Shown here piece after piece: positions 1-11,879 of a stretch of DNA of 64,000 nucleotides (position 1 is the stretch's first letter; each line of letters begins with the position of its first letter). The notes under the pieces are model-generated. The model was not told the DNA's origin and made no database searches. It worked only from the letters and a program-made list of their open reading frames with translations. The translations under genes were made by a program, and so were the position numbers. The stretch comes from Takakia lepidozioides (lineage: Eukaryota; Plantae; Bryophyta): positions 62,992,001-63,056,000 of the forward strand of contig CM060732.1 of assembly GCA_030704615.1 (NCBI GenBank). Reading direction: 5' to 3'.

Positions 1-819
1 CATGACTGTCTCATCAGGCTGTGGAGCAAGTGGTTGAGATGCTCAAGAAATTCCACTGCGCTGCACCCAAGTTTAGGCCTGTTTTTCTTTCAATTTTCCA
101 CCATATGAGTGATGTACACCATATCTACCACCCGAGACTGGCATTTCCCCATTGCAGTTCCTGCCATCACCTGTTGGGATCTCCTCCTCTATTTCTCTTT
201 TTCATCTGAAGCTGATGCTGTTCCATGTGAAGGTCCCAATCTTGTCCAGGTTTCTGCAGACATTTAAACTGCAAGACCAGTCCTTGTATTACCAAGTCGA
301 TCAGCAGGTGGTCAGCAATGTCCTTTGTTTTCATTTGCTTTGTTGGTTTGTACTTACAGGGAGAGGGTTGGAGGCATGTCGAGTACAAGTAAAAGGTACC
401 TGCTATTGTCACCTGACTGTCATTGACTCACCTGGAGGCCTGAAAGATGTTGAAGACAAAGAATGCTAACAAGCAAATTGAAAGATTATGTTTTATTTCT
501 CAAAACCAGCCCAAGGCGTGCACTCCTTCACACGTCGTGTTCATAGATGCTTGGCACTTTCTATACAAAAGTCCATGCATGACAGCAGACGCCAATTGTC
601 ACATAGAAGTGACAGTGGATGCCCAGAATTTTGTCACTTCCACAGAAAGAAATTCGAACTCATTCGCCTCGCACCGCAGTACTAGAGAAGAGTTTGCAAG
701 AGGGTTACGGTGCAACTGTAATTAACTGAGAGTTCCAGCCTAAGAAGCTGATGAAGAAGTTGGGGCTTTTCGATTTTGCACTACTTTGAAGTGGAAGAAG
801 ACCCCACTTGAGCCAGAAA

Positions 820-938
820 ATGGGTGTTAAAGAGCTACTTGTGAAGAGGCAATGGCCCTACCGGCTTTGGATCAAAGTCCACTGCTGAAGATATGACGGC
901 CAATCTGAACCTGCAATCGAAAACTGTGATTGTGACTG
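820..938 (+). pseudogene. Exon 1 of a Tic32-like short-chain dehydrogenase/reductase (frameshifted)
   Basis: 848-938 reads GNGPTGFGSKSTAEDMTANLNLQSKTVIVTG, the typical Tic32/SDR N-terminus. It ends at a phase-1 donor G|gtactt at 939. The ATG at 820 (MGVKELLV) is one frame off, and the motif frame has TGA at 842-844. Confidence 0.8.
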
Positions 939-1231
939 GTACTTTTCTTCACCTCTCCGTTCTCAGCATCAATCACCCCAATTTCATTCTTGAGATTTCT
1001 TCACTCAAGTGCCTAATGCCTTGTTGGTGTTTCGCACGTTTGACATTCAGATGAAAATTCAATAGAGTGAAGTGCCCTTAGGAAATTGATCATTTAGGAA
1101 CATTTAACCCGAAGTTATGGACCAAATTCAGCACGGTCTTGTGCCAGAGAGACGCATTGCAGCAGCAACTGCCGGGTTATGAGAGGAGACTGCAAGGGCG
1201 TTCCAAAACCTCCCCAAAGGACTCCACAGCC

Positions 1232-1683
1232 TGTGAAGCCTCAAAACAAGCCTGAAGCATATACTCCTTTCCTCTCAAGAAACAAGTTTTCACAACAATT
1301 GGGCAAGCGGGAAGAGCGGGCGATGCGCGAGGAGGATCAAACACAGGATCTGACAAAAAAGGGGATCTACAGCTTGTACACCAACTTCACATATACACTA
1401 ACACCTGAGTACACCACCCCTGATCTGTGGCAGGTCGCCGTCTTTATACTAAAAGCCTAGCTTCAGCTGCTTGCCGTGTGGCGAGGCGTGACAAGCCAAG
1501 TCCGCAACGCCTTTTTATCACACTAGATCTGATGAAGAGGATGCCGCCACTAACCTAAACTAACCCTAGCTGAAATCTAACGGTTTAACGGCACTTTTAG
1601 CCAAAAAATATATACGATGGATGAGTATCGTCGCTTTGGATGAAAAAATAAATTTCTAGGCTAGGAAAGTATGGGCCTTCACA
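1232..1683 (-). repeat. Left terminal repeat (3' LTR-like) of the outer element
   Basis: TG...CA ends; direct repeat of the interrupted right-hand copy. Confidence 0.85.
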
Positions 1684-2013
1684 TTTGTGAAGCCTACTCC
1701 CCATGAAAGATCTTGAGCTCCGCGAAATAAAAATAATAATAAGTAAATATTGGGGTAATCTCACCCTCCGCTGCTGGGTGAAAAACCTACCAAGGGAAAA
1801 CCTGGCATCCGCAAATTGGGCCGAGGACAAAACCCTTGGCTAGGAAAACCGTGCAAGGAGTACAAATGGTGATATACCATGACACTACAAATGTTTTGAA
1901 GTCCTAGAGAGGTCAAGTCATATGACCATAAAAATCACCATCCGCAAAGTAAGACTAAGCCACTGAAGATAAGAGGATCAAGTTGAAGTAGATCGGCTAA
2001 GAAGATCAAGACA

Positions 2014-3240
2014 TCACCCAACCGTGCGCCCCTCCACATTGATGCATGTGAGATCGAAGACCAACTCGGAGTGCACCAGATCCGTCAAAGAAACCGGTTC
2101 ATCCCACACTTCAGTATTCAACCCCTGTGGAAGAAGGAGAGCACGTTGCCCACGTAAAATCTGATAGATCAAGTATGGACCGTCTATCTTGAGCTTAGAT
2201 TTGCATGCATGTTTACCGTGTTGCAATCAAACGTACACGGTCTGTCCCACCTGAAACAGATTAGAATACTTGACACACATGTTAAAATTACGGGCCTGGG
2301 TTAGTTGAGCATTACTAATGTTCGGCTTGGCATCATGGATAGACACCGCATGCTGAGCATGAAGATCCTCAACAAAGGTATCAAGATCAACCGGATCAAG
2401 GGTAGAGTGTAAAGGAGAAACACACTTGCGATCATACAATAATTCAAATGGAGTCTTCTTGGTGCTAGCATGCACGGCGGTGCAATAAGCAAAGAGAATA
2501 GGGGGAAGAAAGGTATCCCACTCCCTGGTAAGTGCGCCATTCTTCTCCAACATTCGGCAAAGAGTTTGGTTGAAGCGTTCCGTAAGGCCATTGGTCAGGG
2601 GATGATATGGGGCTATGGTAGAATACTTGACACCAAAATTGAAGCACACCACCGTGATGAGCTGGTTACAAAACTCCTTGCCCTGATCCGTTAATATCTC
2701 CGAGGACACCCATACCGCATAAGGATCTCATTGAAGAAGAACTGAGCTACAATATCACTAGCTTTGGAACGCAAAGGTCGGACTTCTACCCACTTAGTCA
2801 AGTAGTCAGTAGCAACACAAGGTAGCTTCGACCCTTTGATGTGAGTGCGAGGGGTCCACTAAGTCAATGCCAACATGAGAAAAAACATGGGTGACAAGCA
2901 AAGACTGCAACTCATACAAGATCCGGGCCCTAGGGATAGCAATGTTAGCACGACAACCTTGACACTTAGAGATGAATTCTGTGACATCCAGGTGAATTCC
3001 CAGCCAATAGTAGACCTCTTGGATGCGGGCCACGGTTTTCTTGATACCAATGTGACTTGCATATAATGAACAATGGAAACGCTCCAATAAAGCATTCAGC
3101 TGGCTTTGTGGTGGCACCTCCAAATAGAATGGCACTCCCCCTCTAGTGAGCTCTTTGAAAAGCTTATCACCCATGAAACGGTGAGTAGACACATGATAAA
3201 GAATTTGTTTGCGCAAGGACTCGGAAAGGCCTGCTAGCGA
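2014..3240 (-). pseudogene. Gypsy-type DDE integrase remnant (HHCC zinc finger, rve core, GPY/F module)
   Basis: FHCSLYASHIG...YYWLGI...CQGC; HVGIDLV; EILTDQGKEF; PYHPLTNGLTERFNQTL; downstream DGPYLI. Several frameshifts and stops. Confidence 0.9.
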
Positions 3241-4670
3241 ACGTCTTAATTGGCATCACTGGAGTAGCGCAGCATGTATTTGATCATGGGTGATTGCAGC
3301 CTACAATGTCCATTTTTTGCTGTCACAACACTGTTTTTTCCAGACATAGACTAGTGGTAAATTATCATACTCATACATGACAATGTCATCAATAAGAAAG
3401 GACTAACATATAGACGCTCATCTACATATACTTTCACATTTTTAAATCTCATTATCAAAAATCAGAATCTCTAGATGTTAAGGACTTTTAAAAAGTCCAT
3501 AAGGAATTGTCACGGTTCATAAAAAAAGACGTTATGGACTTTTTAAATATAGGAGTTAGAGCAAAGTCAAGAAAATGGACTCTCTCAAACTTGCTTTGCA
3601 GAATGAGGAATCTGGAATGAAAACTATCATTCAAAAATATGAGATTAAAAAATAATTATGTACTATTTTGAGCCTAAAAAATAGCTATTTTTATAAAGTC
3701 CTTTATGACTAAATTCTTTTGAAATAACAAAAAAAAATCATTAGACGCATTCATTCACCATAAATACACTGTTGAGTATGATCAAATTTCAAAAACATAT
3801 TTATCAATTGATATTATCGTAATTTGAAAATCTTGGTTTTAACAGTCAATAATAGACAGTCAAGATTGTCACCCTTTCCAACTCTGTCGCTTGTTGCCTA
3901 CTCTCAAAGTACTCAGGTCTAGGATCAATAAAGTTATCAAAGTTGTAGTACTTCGGATCGCAACTATCTATAGAACTGTTAGACCTTTCAGACCTTGGCG
4001 ACCACGCCTCTGTCTCTTCTAGATTAGCATAGTCATTACCGCCAGGAGGTTCCTCGGTTCTCGGAATTCGAATTGACATATGCGGCTGATACCATCCAAA
4101 ATTCAATGAATAAATTGAATCTGAGGACCCAACGAAACAACAAGAGTTGGAACGCGAGCAATAGGCTCAAGAAATGGCAATGTTGGCAAGACAACACTAT
4201 CAGGTCGCACGTTGTTAGTTGTGTTAGCAACAACAAGAAAATCAGCAGGGTGAGAAACGACGAGGTTTGTCTCAACAACGAAAGCAACAACAAGAACACC
4301 AAGAAGTGGCAGTAGGGTTGGCCTCCACAATAGGATTAGCTTCAACAGTAAGTACCACAGTAATATGTAGAAATAGGCTCTCCCCCTCTCTGTGAGCTAT
4401 ACAAGAAAAATCACAAACTGCAGCCATCCCCTGCAACCACACCCCAACACGCAGCGTGAGAAGGCAATATCGCAACAATATGAGAAAATATGGCAATGCG
4501 AGGAGCCGCCATTGATAACACGCATTAGTGAACCACTTAGGCAGCAAGATGTAGAGAAAATCCCATGAAAAAGACCTAACTAACCCTGACAGCGCGGGCA
4601 AGAATCATCAACGCCTACGATACCCAACTTCTCTTCACCACAAACAAGCCTGAAGCATATACTTCTTTCC

Positions 4671-5177
4671 TGGCATAAGACTCACCATGGGGTGGAGACC
4701 TCGAGGTGGGAGTCGTGGGGAGTCTTGGGACTCATCACGGTCCAATGGGGCCGTGGTGAGTGGGCCAAGACTCACCGCGACTCATCACCGGGAGTCGAGG
4801 GTCTTCGTGGTGGTTCGCCATAAAAAGGCATGGTTGTTTGTGAAACCCCCGCGGACAGTCACAGAAGTATATATAAGGGGAGTAGTAACCCCGAGAACGG
4901 TGCAAGCCCGTTGGTGACCAAAAACTAGTGAGTAAGCGAGCGAGCCGGAAAGCGACCAAAGAGTGGGGAGTTGTTCCGGACTGCCATCTACCAAAGGGAA
5001 TTCCCACTAGGCCCAAATTGGTGGAGGGTCTTTCGGGAGATCGAAGGGGGACCGTTATATCCCGGTGAGCAGCCGAAGCTCCAAGTTGGCCCGGCGGCCA
5101 GGTTGGGAGTCAGGCGCGCGCATCAAAGCGAGTAACCATGACTTGAAGGAGAGCTTACCGAAGTGAGGTGCGCGACA
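4671..5177 (+). repeat. 5' LTR of the chromovirus
   Basis: Near-identical to 9421-9926; contains a TATA-like tatataag. Confidence 0.93.
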
Positions 5178-5179
5178 CT

Positions 5180-5191
5180 TGGTATCAGAGC
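5180..5191 (+). promoter_or_regulatory. Primer binding site (initiator tRNA-Met)
   Basis: TGGTATCAGAGC, 2 nt after the LTR end. Confidence 0.92.
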
Positions 5192-5429
5192 TTAGAGTTC
5201 AGTACGCAATCGTCCTTGGGATTGGCCTCATCATGGGGTCGGGCAAGCCAAAGCGAAAGCGGAACGGCCCAAAAGATGATGATCCTGGTGAGACCGATGG
5301 GGGCGACGTGTCACCGAGGCGGCCGTTTGAGGAAACGATGCATGTTTTGAAAACGAGGCCGCTCAAGAGCGGGAGGAATCTGAGGAGTCGGAGCCCAAAG
5401 AATCCTTGAGAGCTCCGACAAACCAACAG

Positions 5430-6412
5430 ATGCCTCCCATGCCGGCAGCCTTTTGGGAAGGGTTGTTGGCGCAGTTTGGCGGGACGTTGAAAGACGTGTT
5501 GAAGGCGGCTAATGCCACTTCCACTAAGGCAAAGTTTAAGGTGAAACCTAAGGAACCCGGCACCTTCGAGGGCGTCTGAAATCGGAAGGCACTCAACACC
5601 TGGCTCCTGGAGCTAGAGCAGTACTTCCGGGCGGCCAAGTTGAATGACGAGGATCGGGTGGAAGTGGCTCCCACCTATTTGAGGGGCTATGCTCAACAAT
5701 GGTGGCAGAAACGCCTTCACGACCGAGGTCCAAGCCCGGAAACCTTGAACTGGAGTGGTTCAAGGAATTGATGAAGAGACAGTTTGTGCCCCTCAACGCG
5801 TCCTGGCTTACCCGGGACAAGATGAGGAATTTGAAGCAAACAGATGACATTCGGGGATATGTCCAGGCTTTCAATGTGCTGTTGCTCGAAGTCGCGGACA
5901 TGACAGAACCAGAAATGGTCTTCAACTTTGTGGCGGGATTGGCCCCATGGGCCAGACGGAAGTTGGAGGAGAAGCCACCCAAGACTTTGAACGAGGCAAT
6001 TGAGAGGGCTGAATGTTTCTCGGATGTCCCTAGGGATGAAAGACAAGGCCGTACGGAGCTGAACCACAACAAGACCCGGTGGGAAGGTGACTCCTTCCGA
6101 CCGGAGAAGAAGTGTGATAGGCCACGCAGCGACAATGGCACGTGGAAATCGAAGGGAGGGTCTTCACACGTCAAGGCGGCACCCGGTGCTTCGAAAGGAA
6201 AAGCGGGTGGAGCGGCTTATGGCGGACAGAAGGCGACCTTTGATGGAGTGTGTTTCAATTACGGGGAGCCCGGGCACATGGCCAAGAAGTGCACGAAACC
6301 TCGACAATTGAACATGACTCGGGCAACCACGGAGCTGTCGGAAGATACCATCAGTCGCTTGGTGGAAGCGGTGGTCACTAGGACTTGCAAGGAGCGTCGC
6401 ACTCCTTCATGA
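5430..6412 (+). pseudogene. Gag remnant
   Basis: Retrotransposon gag capsid-like region (LKQTDDIRGYVQAFNVLL, FVAGLAPW) and degenerate zinc knuckle CFNYGEPGHMAKKC. Frameshifts and stops in the 5' part; start approximate. Confidence 0.85.
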
Positions 6413-8564
6413 CGCCGGCGGCGGCGTTAAAGTTGGGACTCCTGACAAGTGACGTGGAGGCCTCGATTGAGGTGCGTTCTGCTAAAAGAGAACCACAACT
6501 GGCGACAAGGTTGGCGTTCGATGTTCCTCTTCAACTGGGGAGTTGGGAGGGACGTGAGAACTTCACCATCTGCGAGATCGATGGAGTGGATCTCATCTTG
6601 GGGATGACCTTTTTGAGCAAATCCGGAGCGGTCATAGATGGCCGCAAGAGAATAGTCACACTGCCATGTGGGAATGGTGGCGAGGTCTTACGAGTGTCAG
6701 AAACGCCCAAACCCGTGGGAGGGCGAATAAACCTTCTGTCAGCAAGGGAGTGGGCCGTGGAGGAGGCACACGAGCCCCAGTTTTTGCTTTACATTAGAGA
6801 AGTGAAGGGAGAAGGCGATGGGGAGCCGAGCCCAGATTGGATCAAGGGGATTTTGGAGAAATACCAGGATGTGATGCCGGAGGATTTACCAAGCGGCTTG
6901 CCACCGCAAAGAGGAGTTGACCACAAGATTGAGGTGATACCGGGATCGGAACCGCCTGCCAAGTCGCCCTACCGGTTGAGCCACAGAGAGTTGGTCGAGT
7001 TGAAGACTCAGCTCAAGGATCTAATGTCAAAGGGGTACATCGGCCGAGTAAGTCACCTTACGGAGCCACGGTGCTATTCACAGACAAGAAGGATGGGACG
7101 TTGTGGATGTGTGTCGATTACAAGGCTTTGAATAAGGTGACTACCAAAAACCGGTACCCTTTGCCAAGGATCGATGACCTTTTCGACCGGTTGGCAGGAG
7201 CGAAGTATTTCAGCTGAATCGACTTGCGCTCCGGCTATCATCAAATTCGGGTGGCAGAAGGAGATGAGGAGAAGACCGCATGCAGGACAAGGTATGGTTC
7301 ATATGAGTTCTTGGTGATGCCTTTTGGGCTCACTAATGCACCCGCGACCTTTAGCACGTTGATGAACAGCCTTTTTCAGGAGTGGTTGGATGACTTTGTG
7401 ATCGTGTACATCGACGACATCTTGGTATACTCGAAAACAAAGGAGGAGCACCTAGAGCACATCAAAAGGGTGTTCCAAAAATTGCGGGAAGGGAAGCTGT
7501 ACGCCAAAGCTTCAAAGTGCGAATTCGGGGTCACGAAAGTGGAGTTCTTGGGGCATGTGATTACACAGGATAGGATCAAAATGGATGACAAAAAGGTGAG
7601 GGCGATCTTGGACTGGGAGCCTCCGACTTTGGTCCCGGGAGTGCGATCCTTTCTAGGACTCGCCTCCTATTACCGGAAGTATGTGAGAAATTTCGCCAAG
7701 ATCGCGGGGCCGCTGTCGGACCTTCTGTGTAAATCCAAAGTCTGGGTATGGAACACCTTTTGAGGCCAAGCTTTTGCTGAATTGAAGCAACGGATGGCGG
7801 ACGCTCCAGTCTTGAAAATTCCCGAATTCGATTGTCCGTTCGAGATTCATACAGATACGTCGGACTTCGCGATTGGGGGTGTACTTATGCAAGATGGACG
7901 TCCGGTGGCTTACGAAAGTAAAAAACTGAATGAAGTGGAGCGACGGTGGCTGACGCACGAAAAAGAGATGAAGGCGGTGGTGCATTGCCTTGAGCTTTGG
8001 CGCCACTATGTTGGTTCCAACCCAGTGAAGGTGTTCACGAACAATGTCATGGTGACGTATTTTGCCACGCAGCCCAAGTTGTCCCCAAAACAACTTAGGT
8101 GGCAAGATACTTTGGCGGTGTTCGACGTGGATATCCAGTACAAACCAGGATGGAACAATGTGGTGGCCGATGCTTTAAGTAGAAAGCAGCAGCTCATGTT
8201 GGTGTACAAGGGCGAGACGATGCTCCAAAGGAAGATCCGGAAGGCTTGCCGGAAGGATGAGCTGGCGAAGTCCATGATGCAGGACTTGAGGATGGGGGTT
8301 AAATCGCAGTTCCACTTGCAAAAGGGACTGCTCCGGTATAAGCAAAAGCGTCTCTACGAGCCGAAGGGAGGGATCAGAGATAGTCTCTTGAGAGAATGCC
8401 ATGATAGCCCGCTTGTGGGCCATGGCGGAGCCAAGCGCACTGTGGCACTCTTGAAGAAAGAGTATTTCTGGCCCAAACTCAGAGAGGAGGCAGAGGAGTA
8501 TGTCAAGACATGCACCACATGCCAACAAAACCGGAGCGAGTACAAAAAGCAAGCGGGGCTGTAA
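6385..8564 (+). pseudogene. Pol remnant: protease, RT, RNase H, integrase zinc finger only
   Basis: GASHSF...LILGMTFL; [41 protein letters not shown]; YIDD; HTDTSDFAIGGVL; HEKEMKAVVHCL; HDSPLVGHGG...CTTC, then stop. Confidence 0.93.
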
Positions 8565-9420
8565 ATTGGGTTAATCGTGTGTTTGCGCAGTGCCGAAATC
8601 GGGCGACTCCCATCCAAGGGGAAAGGAAACTTGCGCCTTCTTTGGGAGTTCACGTGCTAGTGCGCACTTGGCGCGTGCGCGTACTATAACTGCGCTACCG
8701 AGGGGGTTGCCTTGTAGTGCGGGCTAACGCGAAAGCTACGTGCTTCCGTTCACGTACCATAATTGTGTAGCCTCAGGACGAAGTCGTAGTGCGGCTTCGG
8801 TGTGTTCCCGTACCTCAGGCCAGCATTCCAAGACGGACCCAATTGTAGTGATTGGGGCGCACGGTTGGTTCAAGGTTATCTTCCTAGTCAATGAGGGTTC
8901 GAGGTGAACCCTTGCTCAAGGTGATGCCAAAAGCGGCATCATGAGCGGTAATGTTGTTGCAGTAAGGCGATTCGATCCTCGGGGAGGATCATTCCTTGGC
9001 CTTGAAGTAGGTCAAGAAGAGTGCACTGGGAGGAGCTTGAGAGGCTCCACCCTTGGTCGGGACTTGGAGGAAGTCGGCCGAACTAGCTAGTGGAGAGTAG
9101 AGTCAAGTGTGGGGTTTGGTTCTTTGCTATGGGACGCCATGGTGCGGAAACAAACTCCTTGATGTGGGACGCCACAACTTGGATGTTCGTTTCTACAAAA
9201 TGGACAAGTCGATGAGGACATCGACTCCCTGTTGGTAGGGGTGTGAGTCGCGGGCCTTTGCCTTGAGGGCAAGGGGTCGGGACACGGGAGGAGCTGCCCC
9301 TGTGGTGGGGGCAGTAGCAGCGATAGGTACGGGGGCTGAAGCACCCTTGTGTGCCCAAGGCACTCAAGGAGGCGGAGGCGCTAACTAGGTGGAGCCCCAC
9401 ACACCGGGTTGCGGTGGGGG

Positions 9421-9926
9421 TGGCATAGGACTCACCATGGGGTGGAGACCTCGAGGTGGGAGTCGTGGGGAGTCTTGGGACTCATCACGGTCCAATGGGG
9501 CCGTGGTGAGTGGGCCAAGACTCACCGCGACTCATCACCGGGAGTCGAGGGTCTTCGTGGTGGTTCGCCATAAAAAAGCATGGTTGTTTGTGAAACCCCC
9601 GCGGACAGTCACAAAAGTATATATAAGGGGAGTAGTAACCCCGAGAACGGTGCAAGCCCGTTGGTGACCAAAAACTAGTGAGTAAGCGAGCGAGCCGGAA
9701 AGCGACCAAAGTGGGGAGTTTGTTCCGGACTGCCATCTACCAAAGGGAATTCCCACTAGGCCCAAATTGGTGGAGGGTCTTTCGGGAGATCGAAGGGGGA
9801 CCGTTATGTCCCGGTGAGCAGCCGAAGCTCCAAGTTGGCCCGGCGGCCAGGTTGGGAGTCAGGCGCGCGCATCAAAGCGAGTAACCATGTCTTGAAGGGG
9901 AGCTTACCAAAGTGAGGTGCGCGACA
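9421..9926 (+). repeat. 3' LTR of the chromovirus
   Basis: Direct repeat of 4671-5177, preceded by the PPT. Confidence 0.93.
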
Positions 9927-10550
9927 TCTTTCTTCTCAAGAAATAAGTTTTCACAACAAAGGGCAAGCGGGAAGAGTGGGCGATGTGCGAGAGGAGGATC
10001 AAACACAAGGATCTGACACAAAGGGGCTCTCATCCACAGCTTGTACACCAACTTCACATATACACTAACACCCGAGTACACCACCCCTGATCTGTGTCAG
10101 GGCGCCGTCTTTATACTAAACGCCCTAGCTTCAGCTGCTTGCCGCGTGGCGAGGCGTGACAAGCCAAGCCCGCGGCGCCTTTTTATCACCCTAGATCTGA
10201 TGAAGGGCCAGGATGCCGCCACTAACCTAAACTAACCCTAGCTGAAATATCATTGTAACGGTTTAGGTCCATTCGCACCAGGGGTTATCTGAGGGATTAC
10301 AGCCATATATTTTTGACCTTGCTAAAGGTCTTGTTCACACTAGAGATTAGATTTACCTCACTATTTGACATGGCAGATGAGCGGTAGGGAGACGGCCGAA
10401 GCCGGTTAGATAACCGGCCGATTAACAGCTGTTAAACGCTGTAACGGGGAGAGGGCGAGATTTAACACCTCCTCCATGGAGGTGTTAATCTCGGTCAACA
10501 ATTAAAAATCGGGCAGCGGCCGAGAGGTTTTGCAGGTGCCATACGCTCGT

Positions 10551-10860
10551 GATGGCGGGGAGAGTAGAGAGGTTCTTGTAGGGCAGGCGCTCACGATGGC
10601 ATAGAGTGCAGAGGGAGAGTGGAGAGGTTCTTGCAGGACAGGGGCTCGCGATGGCATAGAGTGCAGAGGGGATAGTGGAGAGGTTCTTGCAAGGCAGGCG
10701 CTCGGGATGGCATAGAGTGCAGAGGGAGAGTGGAGAGGTTCTTGCAGGGCAGGGGCTTGTGATGGCATAGAGTGCAGAGGGGAGAGTGGAGAGGTTCTTG
10801 CATGGCAGGCGCTTGCGATGGCGTAGAGTAGAGTGCAGAGGGGAGAGGCTCTTGCAGGCA
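10551..10860. repeat. Tandem repeat, ~55-56-bp unit, ~6 copies
   Basis: Recurring gatggcatagagtgcagaggg(a)gagtggagaggttcttgca. Confidence 0.9.
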
Positions 10861-10908
10861 GTGTGTGTCTCATTTTTTTAATCCAGAGATTGCAAGAGAG
10901 AGTGTAGC

Positions 10909-11879
10909 ATGTCTTCCACAGACACCACAGGCACCACAGGCAGTGGTGATGGCTTTAGGGCTGGTGAGGTTGAATTGCAAAGCTCCAAGACCCCTAGAAA
11001 AAGAGCTAGAGATAGAAATTGGAGTGAGACAGAAGTGCGCATCCTGGCTACCACTAAGCGGCAGGAATGGGAGGAGTGGAAGGGTTCTAATGCACGCGGC
11101 AAAATGAATTGCGATAAAGTCAAGTGGGAGAGGATTGTGTTGTCATTGGAGAGACAGGGTGTGCTGGGAAGGGATGCAACAAGTGGCAGAACCTCTGTAA
11201 GCATTTCAAGGATATTCGGGGCCACCAGCTTCATAGCACAGGTAATGAAAACTACTTCACTATGACCACTGAAGAACATGGAACTGCAGGACTCCCAAAA
11301 TCCTTCTCAAAGGATCTTTTTGAGGACATGTCTTTTCTATCAGAGCGAGCTTGCAATGCTCCAAAGGCGACCTCATCAAGCATGAGGGTACCACTGGTAC
11401 CAATTCAGCAGCATGTAGATATCAACCCAATTGATGATGTCGGTGCTGGCCCTTTAGTAGCCAATAATTTGGGTTCAGCAAGTCTAGCCTCAAAAAGCCA
11501 ATATGAGTCACCTGTTCCTCGGGGTCGACCTCCCATGCCAGGGCGGGAGAGGTACACCAATTCTTCCCCTACCCCATTCAACAACGCAACCTGCAAGAAA
11601 AAGAAGGGTGTTGTGACCACTGATTTCCTCAAGGCCTTGAAGGAGGGAAATGAAGTCCTTTCCAAAAGCATGGAAGAGGATAGAAAAGAGAGGATGGAGG
11701 GATTTGGCAAGACTCTTACCCTTCAAACTGAGATGTTCAACTTTGAGAAGCAAAAGGCCCAAGTGGCATTTGAAGCACAACAGGTAGCTTCTAGCAATCA
11801 AAGCAGCATGGTTTCCCATTTTGGAAAACTGGTTGAGCACTTTGGGAAAATGGTAGAAAAGAAGGATGGTGCAGCTTAA
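10909..11879 (+). pseudogene. Harbinger Myb/SANT (trihelix-like) DNA-binding protein, one frameshift near 11175
   Basis: RNWSETEVRIL...KWERIVLSLERQG..R / KWQNLCKHFKDI...YFTMT...LPKSF, plus a C-terminal coiled-coil-like region. Confidence 0.85.

Larger units (their letters stand above)
4671..9926 (+). mobile_element. Ty3/gypsy chromovirus, Galadriel-like LTR retrotransposon (defective)
   Basis: LTRs 4671-5177 and 9421-9926 (TG...CA; about 7 substitutions and 2 small indels by eye). PBS-Met, PPT GGTGGGGG before 9421, gag-PR-RT-RH-IN order. Flanks tctttcc / tctttct. Confidence 0.93.

Noticed and set aside
1-800. Several short overlapping ORFs at the window start
   Set aside because: No recognisable motifs.
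5593-8653. Long antisense ORFs opposite gag/pol (likewise opposite the RCC1 gene and the LINE)
   Set aside because: Shadow ORFs of the real coding strands.
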